Shown piece after piece: positions 54,695-64,000 of a stretch of DNA of 64,000 bases (positions within the stretch are counted from its first letter, which is position 1; each line of letters starts with the position of its first letter). The translations under genes were made by a program, and so were the position numbers. Source of the DNA: Trichoplax adhaerens (Eukaryota; Animalia; Placozoa); the NCBI RefSeq assembly GCF_000150275.1, contig NW_002060956.1, positions 752,913 to 816,912 of the forward strand, given 5' to 3'. The notes below the pieces were generated by a model. It made no database searches, had not been told where the DNA came from, and saw nothing but the letters and a program-made list of their open reading frames with translations.

Positions 54695-57600
54695 ATGTCG
54701 GAAAAAAGAGAAGCATTTGTAACCCTTGCTACCAATGACAGCTATGCTGTAGGTGCATTTGTCTTGGGAAATTCTCTTCGCAATGTTAAAACAACTCGCG
54801 AATTAGTGGTTTTAATCACCGATGAAGTTACCCATCATTACCGGTAAGTCTTTGATTTTGCATTGATATTTATTCATGTTTGCTTTATTACAAGCTCCAT
54901 TGGTAGCGAAGCTCGTACTGTACGTATCTTTTGACCGAAATGATGGAGGAGGATAACTTTGGTTTTTAATCCTCATCACGGCCTATTACTAATTCCATCA
55001 GTTTCTTTTTGTGCCACTACTTTTACTATGCATAGTACTACAATGATAGAATAGAATAAAGCAGATCATGAAATGGGTCTTCATCTATACTTGCTGTTAA
55101 TAATTCCTCCATCTATCGACCGATAATGCTGGTATAGAAGGAGAGAATAGTTCCTTCCTCAATGTCGTAACCAGTTCCTTTTAGTTATTGAGAAGGAAAG
55201 AACTAGCTTTCAAATTTTACTACTCGTCTACACAGTAGAATAGAACTACAAACCTCTTGCCAATCGTTCATGGCGCTGAAATGCAAAAGGATTTATTTGC
55301 AATCGGAGTGTGTTAAAATAGTTTTCACTCGTTGAAAATTTCCATCTGTATAGCATCAAGGTTATCCATCGATTCCAGCGTTGTGGGAAATGGTCTTCCC
55401 ATATTCGTAACGTATAATTCAATGTAGATTACTATATAGAGCATCAATCGATCGCTCTAATCCAAGGTCCTCCTCATATTATGGTATTGCTTAACATGAC
55501 TACAAGGATCCATTTATCGTTTTAGCTATCATGATTAAATGATCATCTCTGTGCGTAAAAGTACATGACAAATCTATTTCTTAGCAGCAATCGAGATACC
55601 TCTTGCTCTTTCCTTTCCTACCTAACCGATTAAAAGTTTGGGATCAAGTCAAGTGAAATGGACTTGATCCAAAGTTTTCACCAAGGGTCAATTTAATTTT
55701 TTATGACATCAATTTCTATCTGGATTCTGTAAAGACCATGAATCATTTCACTACGTTGATCAACATTTTTCTTCATCTTGATAGCCTTGAGGTTTCAATA
55801 ATCATGGTATTCATTTTTGAAGACATTTTTTTATCTTCCTCATTTCTTTACCCTTTAAAAATTGATTTTCATTTTGAATTGAATGGTGAACTATTCCATT
55901 ATACTGTAGATTGCAAGTTATAGCCGTCACAATCTAATTTTTTAGCATCATCTCCAAATCGAGTTCATAAACTTGGTTAGAGTACATGATAATCAATTAA
56001 CACGAAATGGCCGCAACATGGGCAATCTAAATTTCAAGGTGTTAGATTAACAACTTGCAACAACATGCGATTCAATTTATCCGTGGTACATGTTCAACTT
56101 GCACCAAGTAGGATGAGGATAATACTCTATTTTATTGAAGAAGTTAGCAACGATGTGTATAATGTTATCCTTTTATTATTTATAGATTCGATGGCAAATT
56201 CAAAGCCAATTTTTACATTGTTTAGAGTAGTCAAAGTGTTATAATCGAGTTTTAAACTTCACTTTATTATTTACTTAATATTCTAACCTATCTCCGAATA
56301 TTAATTTTCCAATCAGACCATTCTGCCAAGATAATGATCGATTTGTATCACAATTTCTCCAAGGGTGATTTGAGTTGCTTTAACGATGGAATAGACTAGC
56401 TTAAGATGCTAGAAAGAATAATAAAAAGTCTTTCTGAAGCAATTGAACACCATCTCCCGAATGTGTTATGAATATTATGGCAAGTTTAATGGATTAGTAG
56501 AGTATGGACAAAGTTGCTTAGCATTACATCCACTTTATGATTAAAATCCTAAAGCATGATTGTGTAATAAATACGTTTATTAGTAAAGGACCCAAGTTAA
56601 TAACTCGGCCTAGAGTGAATGCAGTGTTTATTTGAATTAAGTACGAATGAAAAATATTCCCATTTCACGCTATGTTGTGATAGTAATCTTAACGTTATCA
56701 TCGTAGGGAATCGAAAGCAATATTTTAGCGTTAGATTTTCCATGTACTGTATATCGAGCAAGAAAATGATGAAATTATGATTAATGTGGCCAAAAGTTCA
56801 TACTCTACTTGTCGTACAGGTCCGTTCGATTACTGTACAATCAGTTAATGAATAATTCTACATGTTGATAAATTCAATTTAACGATCTACATTTTTATAC
56901 TTTGCAAAATCTGACTTTCTAACCTTGATTGTGGTAACTGCGTCTTAGTTGATTCAATACTGTAGTAAACTTCGTAAAGGATCTGGTTTTAACCGATCAC
57001 TTAAGAAAGTTCAGAAAGATCAATTCGATAGCTTAGCTTCTCGTTAATATGATACTTCAAAGAGAATGGAGAAATCGTCTTGAACGAGACAGTGGTAAAG
57101 GGAAATGGAAATTCTAGGTTATTCATCAATTTTAATTTTTCATTTTATCGACACATGAAGGAGATCCAATGTCCTTTGCTTTTTCTACTTCTATGCCATA
57201 CAAATGTTGTCATTAATAATCCTCGTTAGAATATCCATTAATAATTCCTTGACTTCATCTCCATAAGTAATGTCATTTTCTCTGCCTTTTTTAGTTTTCA
57301 GTCATCTACTACCCTTTTGCAATACGTAAGCTCATCCATCTTTTAACTTAACTATTACCATACTAAATGTTCTCCTTTTTCATTTAATTATTTACGCTAT
57401 GCTTGACTACGGTTGTTCCTATTAAAATTGTAGATAGAAAGTCCACAAAATTGACCTACTTAATATTTAATTGCATGATAAGACTGACAATAGTGAGATT
57501 ATATTGTGCAATGTAATGGCCATAAGATCGATTGTGTTTCTTACCCTTCCCTTTAATCCTATCTAGCAAAGTGGATGACTTATTATGCTGTTTCTTGTCA

Positions 57601-60600
57601 ATTTTAAATAACTGGTTTAGAGTCTTTTGAACCGTGGGGAAAATTAAGACTCCACTTTTTGACCTACCCACCAAACTTAAAGTTAAAAATGTTTTAATCT
57701 TATATCAATTATAATGGACATTATAGATTCAAAATAGCGACATGTACAGTATATATGGAGGTTGGATCAAATGAGAATTAAGCTATAATCTAGAATAAAG
57801 GATAAAAGGGTTACGGAAAATTCTAGGGTTGTTAGGGCAGCTATTAGATTACGAATGATACTCTTACCCTTAACGATTAGCCATATAGGCTAGAAGAGAG
57901 AAAGTAAATAATCTTTATTAACTGTAACTGCTAATATAAATCGAAATTGTGTCTACAAACATGTAGACTGCTAGTCGAAATAGTAAATAAAAATTTTATC
58001 GGATAGTGGATAAAAAACCAAGAATCAACAATCTCATCTTCGTAATGAGGATAAAATACTCTAATCTTTGACCGTCTACACAGTTTTAGGCATCGATAAT
58101 TCCAAAATTTTATTTGATATTGGATAGAAGCTATTCATCAGTCAATGAGTTGTAAATCCCATTAAAATAATTCATTCGAATAAAAGATCGAAAGAGTAAT
58201 CGTCTATAGATATATAAACGTTAACTATTGGATAGAACCCCAAAAGCATTTCATGAGAGGTACTATAAAATCCGAACTGTAAATTATCTACCGTCATGTG
58301 GATATCAAATACATCCATATTTTCATGGAATATGATTTAGAAATCACCGAATTATGGATCCCATAACAACAGTTTAAAATCACAAATGACTGCGCAGTTA
58401 CCAACATGTAATAATCAGATTTTACTGAAATTTTCATACAATATTGGATATAATCTGCAAGAATCGTAGTCTCCTTATTGCGATTGATGTAATAAAAGAA
58501 AGCTATCGTTACTAACAAACATGGGGATATTGAATTTATCGATATTTCTTTAAAAATGGATGATTTTTGGATCATGTTATAATTAATGATAGAAAAAAAT
58601 CCAAATTGTTGAACTGTCTAGACAGACACAACAATTAAAAATAGAACCTTACAAATCATGACTGTAGTTGAAAGTTGGAGCTCATTGAAAATATCTTGAT
58701 GCAATAATCACCGGTGTATTTTTACTATAACAACAATTCTAACAACCGTAATGGTGCACCCAAACTAAGCAGCTACTGAGATTAATTGCTATATTGTTAA
58801 TTACTGTTAGGTATCGTTTACGCCATGTCTTTGATATTGTCAAGCTGGTTGATCCATTCGATAGTGGTGACGAGAAGCATTTACGCCTTTTGGGTAGGCC
58901 CGATTTAGGTATTACACTAACTAAATTGCATTGCTGGAGATTGACTGAATTTAGCAAAGCTGTATTCCTGGATGCCGATACCTTGGTTATTGGAAATATT
59001 GATGATTTATTTACCCGCCCTGAATTATCTGCTGCGCCTGATGTCGGCTGGCCTGACTGCTTTAATTCTGGTGTTTTTGTATATAAGCCTTCCATGCAAA
59101 CATATCAAACAATAGTAGCATTTGCTTTACAATTTGGCAGCTTTGATGGTAATATATATGTACAGTTTCTATAAAAGTAGACAACATAACGTTTGTTTTG
59201 TATATCTTCTTCGCGAGCATTATTAATTTTTGCTTGTACTTGGATAGGTGGCGATCAAGGATTATTGAACGAATTCTTCAATACTTGGGCCACAAGCGAT
59301 ATTAACACCCATTTACCCTTTACTTATAATATGACAGCTACCTCAGCATATTGGTATGCACCGGCTTTGAACAGGTAGATATGGCCTTCGTATAAGAGTA
59401 GATGTTATTCCTCGATACATAATAATAGACTTTTGAGTTCTTTTTGGTAGCACAGTAGTGTAGACTACACGTAATAGTTTAACTTATCAATTCACATGAT
59501 CTATAAAATTGAATATTAAATTCTTTAAATCATGATATTGTAGGAAAAGCAGTTCGTAACTGTGAGACGTAATTATGAATTGGATCATCTAGTAATTATA
59601 ATTCAGCTATACTTAAGAAAACCGTTATGCGATTTATTAGGTCTTACCAGTATCTTTAGCAATTTAATGCTTCCTTGCACCGCTGAACAGATAAATCATA
59701 CTGGAGTCGTGTTTTTTTTATTTGATCTTAGATACTAAGTGTAAATTTACAATAAAAGATCAATCTAAAGCCTTTTTCTTTTCTACTTATCAATGTACAC
59801 AAATAGTCGATAACAAAGATATGCATGGATTTATTGCTAGGTTCTCCAAGGATATAAAAGTGGTGCATTTTATTGGAGCCCTTAAGCCTTGGCATCACCT
59901 CTACAACAAAGATACTGGCCACTTAGACTTAAATGAAAAATTTCAAGAAGGACAGCAACCATTTCTTACGAATTATGTGCAACGTTGGTGGGAAATTTAT
60001 ACGGCTAGCGTTAATAAATTACCTTCTGAAGTAAGTATGCAGTCACCAGTTGTGTTATTGAAGTATGATTTTAATCTACTTTATGTTAGATACTTACTTC
60101 TTATAGTGTTCTAAATAACATAAATCTTTGTATTTTGGTTTTAATTTTGTCGTATCGACAGCTCAGAGATGAGCCAGAACGATCTTGGTCGCACCAAGTT
60201 ACGCAAGATTCTACCGAAAGCATTGAATTAGATATGGCTGCCTTGAGCTATGCTAATATTCAGCGAAAGATGGAGGAGACCATGTTCCAAAGTCATCCAT
60301 CGGCGTCATCTAGTAACATACCTTTACCTGCTCTGTCTTCCTTAAATAGTGGTACTGTACAAGATAGTTTTGGTTATGCTGCTATACAACAAAAAATGAA
60401 TGAAACTATCTCACGAAGTGGTGTTCAATCAACCAAGAAAGAGAAAATATCAAGTCCATCCAAATTAATTAAATCAAACGTAAACGAGCCATCTACTTCA
60501 GATAAATCTACAACGAAAGTACCATCAGCCCACGATACTGATGCACAATCTCTAGCGCCAAAAATAGGTCAGGATGCCACTACAAAATCATCATCGACAA

Positions 60601-60662
60601 AAACATCTACCTCGAATAAAGAAGCTAAAATATCCGCAAATAAAGGGACAAGTTCGCGGTAA
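54695..60662 (+). CDS. GYG1: Glycogenin (exons 54695-54843, 58811-59148, 59248-59375, 59841-60030, 60162-60662)
   Basis: [40 protein letters not shown] (DxD), [43 protein letters not shown] (acceptor Tyr region) and [11 protein letters not shown]. Confidence 0.95.
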
Positions 60663-61244
60663 ACTAGTGGCGTAAAAATGACTAAAGCATCGAAAATTTC
60701 TAAATAAATAAGAAATATTAAATGAGTGATAGTAATGCTGACTAATTAAGAAAAGGAAAGGGTTTTTCATAAACAAAGATAGTTAAGATGTAAATTTAAC
60801 TGTAATAACGTACTCTATATAAAGTTTTGTTCAACTCATTCGGAGTAAGGGTTAGTATATCGTTCAATTTCTGTGCACTTCACTAGATTTAAAATTAGCA
60901 TCATATGATCGTAGTTGATATTATAGAGTTCGTTTTCGAATTCAGGTTCTCTGACGATTTCACTTGTACAATTTAGTTGAAAGTATTTAACTATTTATCG
61001 TGTTTTTCACTAAGGTCAAATTTGTTTCCAAACTATCCTAGACAGTGCTGTCGTGTTTTCATGAATGATCGCGTAGTAGAATGTAATAAAATATATATTT
61101 TTCTTCTCAAGTCACTTACAAGTTATCTACAGTTAGTGAAGTTAGTCCGTTGCTGTAGTTTACTATTCCTATACAGGATTGATTAGATAATCCTAGATTT
61201 GTCCAGATTTGGGGATTGACCACAACATGATAGGAGATCGATGG

Positions 61245-61294
61245 NNNNNNNNNNNNNNNNNNNNNNNNNNNNNNNNNNNNNNNNNNNNNNNNNN
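61245..61294. other. Assembly gap (50 N)
   Basis: Run of N. Confidence 1.
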
Positions 61295-61295
61295 G

Positions 61296-62230
61296 AACGG
61301 TATAAAGTAATCTAGTTATTAGAGTCTTACATATGAACAACTTATCCAATCGATCCATTACCGCCAAAAATGTAGTGTAAATATAGTGAATTAATGATAT
61401 CGGATATCCTGCAGCGACTTAGGATAGGTAAAGAGTATTGATTATCATCTATTAGTGCTCTTCTCCTGTAGCTAACAATCCAATTTGCAGTCATTTCTTT
61501 GAGTATCAGACTGATAGATCTTTTTTAGTGTATTTACAAATACAGTCTTTAACTAGGGCCAGGAGATACTTAATAAGGTATACCTTTAGGTTTAAATTTA
61601 TTCGATACACCAATACAGTGATTAATTGGTGTTATCCTGCAGATAATTTAAGACTTGACTTCGGAATCGAATCAATCGTATGATTGCTGTTGCGATTGCA
61701 TGATTATATATCATATTAGGTCAGGAATTAACTCCTGATTTATAATTAGTTGTGCAAATTTTACATTTATCGTTCGTAGTATGATAGAGCAAGTTCATGT
61801 CTGATCATAACAGTCAGTTTTTTTAATAATAAAATCCATAAATACTGTACCTTATTGATAATGCGAATGTGCCCGGTACACGATGACTAGGTCTGATTAG
61901 GAAGGCACCATCTTGGTCTTCTAGTCTGAGCAGGTCTTCAGCCTGTTCATAGGAAACGTCAATGTAATAATTGGCTAAGTTCTCCATGACTACTCAAAAT
62001 GACCTCTACCTAATTTATATGGACCAGAAGAAAGAAAACGAAATTAATAATAATTCGAAGTTACTGTAGCGTTGAATCAGGTAGCATAAAACGTGACTGG
62101 CAACGTTCACATATTAGTCGCATCCATAGTTCTAATGTGCGAATCATGTGATATATTAAGAATTGCCTTAAATTATGCAGTAATAATGTCGTGACTATCG
62201 ATAATAATATGTAATTGATCCGATTAATAT
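61296..62230 (-). other. Near-identical second copy of 9043-9977, including the first SHIP coding exon (61851-61987)
   Basis: Colinear at constant offset 52253 with no indels. I saw 5 substitutions (at 9072, 9678, 9894, 9914, 9925); the exonic one is synonymous. Confidence 0.97.
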
Positions 62231-62280
62231 NNNNNNNNNNNNNNNNNNNNNNNNNNNNNNNNNNNNNNNNNNNNNNNNNN
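62231..62280. other. Assembly gap (50 N)
   Basis: Run of N. Confidence 1.
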
Positions 62281-64000
62281 ACCACTTTTGTAGATACCGT
62301 CTATCCAGGAAGTTCTACTTTTATGCTTGTATGGCTCTATCAGGCTTGCTCAATATCTAAATTTTCGCAATATTCTCCTGATTACAGCGATCTTGAAACT
62401 CCAAATCACCGTTTTCACCCTTTTGTTGATACCGTCTATCCAGCAAGTTCTACTTTTATGGTTGTATGGCTCTATCAGGCGTACTCAATATCTAAATTTT
62501 CGCAATATTCTCCTGATTACAGCGATCTTGAAACTCCAAATCACTGTTTTCACCCTTTTGTAGATACCGTCTATCCAGGAAGTTCTACTTTTATGCTTGT
62601 ATGGCTCTATCAGGCGTACTCAATATCTAAATTTTCGCAATATTCTCCTGATTACAGCGATCTTGAAACTCCAAATCACTGTTTTCACCCTTTTGTAGAT
62701 ACCGTCTATCCAGGAAGTTCTACTTTTATGCTTGTATGGCTCTATCAGGCTTGCTCAATATCTAAATTTTCGCAATATTCTCCTGATTACAGCGATCTTG
62801 AAACTCCAAATCACTGTTTTCACCCTTTTGTAGATACCGTCTATCCAGGAAGTTCTACTTTTATGCTTGTATGGCTCTATCAGGCGTACTCAATATCTAA
62901 ATTTTCGCAATATTCTCCTGATTACAGCGATCTTGAAACTCCAAATCACTGTTTTCACCCTTTTGTAGATACCGTCTATCCAGGAAGTTCTACTTTTATG
63001 GTTGTATGGCTCTATCAGGCGTACTCAATATCTAAATTTTCGCAATATTCTCCTGATTACAGCGATCTTGAAACTCTAAATCACTGTTTTCACCCTTTTG
63101 TAGATACCGTCTATCCAGGAAGTTCTACTTTTATGCTTGTATGGCTCTATCAGGCTTGCTCAATATCTAAATTTTCGCAATATTCTCCTGATTACAGCGA
63201 TCTTGAAACTCCAAATCACTGTTTTCACCCTTTTGTAGATACCGTCTATCCAGGAAGTTCTACTTTTATGCTTGTATGGCTCTATCAGGCTTGCTCAATA
63301 TCTAAATTTTCGCAATATTCTCCTGATTACAGCGATCTTGAAACTCCAAATCACCGTTTTCACCCTTTTGTTGATACCGTCTATCCAGCAAGTTCTACTT
63401 TTATGGTTGTATGGCTCTATCAGGCGTACTCAATATCTAAATTTTCGCAATATTCTCCTGATTACAGCGATCTTGAAACTCCAAATCACTGTTTTCACCC
63501 TTTTGTAGATACCGTCTATCCAGGAAGTTCTACTTTTATGCTTGTATGGCTCTATCAGGCGTACTCAATATCTAAATTTTCGCAATATTCTCCTGATTAC
63601 AGCGATCTTGAAACTCCAAATCACTGTTTTCACCCTTTTGTAGATACCGTCTATCCAGGAAGTTCTACTTTTATGCTTGTATGGCTCTATCAGGCTTGCT
63701 CAATATCTAAATTTTCGCAATATTCTCCTGATTACAGCGATCTTGAAACTCCAAATCACTGTTTTCACCCTTTTGTAGATACCGTCTATCCAGGAAGTTC
63801 TACTTTTATGCTTGTATGGCTCTATCAGGCGTACTCAATATCTAAATTTTCGCAATATTCTCCTGATTACAGCGATCTTGAAACTCCAAATCACTGTTTT
63901 CACCCTTTTGTAGATACCGTCTATCCAGGAAGTTCTACTTTTATGGTTGTATGGCTCTATCAGGCGTACTCAATATCTAAATTTTCGCAATATTCTCCGA
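62281..64000. repeat. 135-bp satellite array (>12 copies, runs off window), same family as 10823-11626
   Basis: Exact 135-bp period with unit starts at 62335, 62470 ... 63955. Confidence 0.98.

Overview
AT-rich, compact, intron-containing animal genomic DNA with short GT-AG introns. The style suggests an early-branching metazoan such as the placozoan Trichoplax, which is an inference. I reconstructed ten protein-coding genes by hand: a complete SHIP-type SH2 inositol 5-phosphatase (-), two convergent long-isoform TSC22/Bunched paralogues, histone H2A.X (-) head-to-head with UBE2T (+), a C2CD2/TMEM24-like SMP-C2-C1 lipid-transfer gene (+), ATP5PF (-) head-to-head with a homocysteine S-methyltransferase (+), TMCO3 (-) and glycogenin (+). 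Non-coding features include several tandem repeats, (TACAG/CTGTA)n clusters concentrated at gene 5' ends and a MITE-like element. A 135-bp satellite occurs twice; its second array has a 7-unit (945-bp) higher-order structure. After a 50-N gap the window ends with a ~99.5% identical copy of the first coding exon region of SHIP plus the satellite, either a haplotig or a duplication. I found no prokaryotic-type systems, CRISPR arrays, rRNA or tRNA. Exon boundaries are manual and have not been checked against transcripts.
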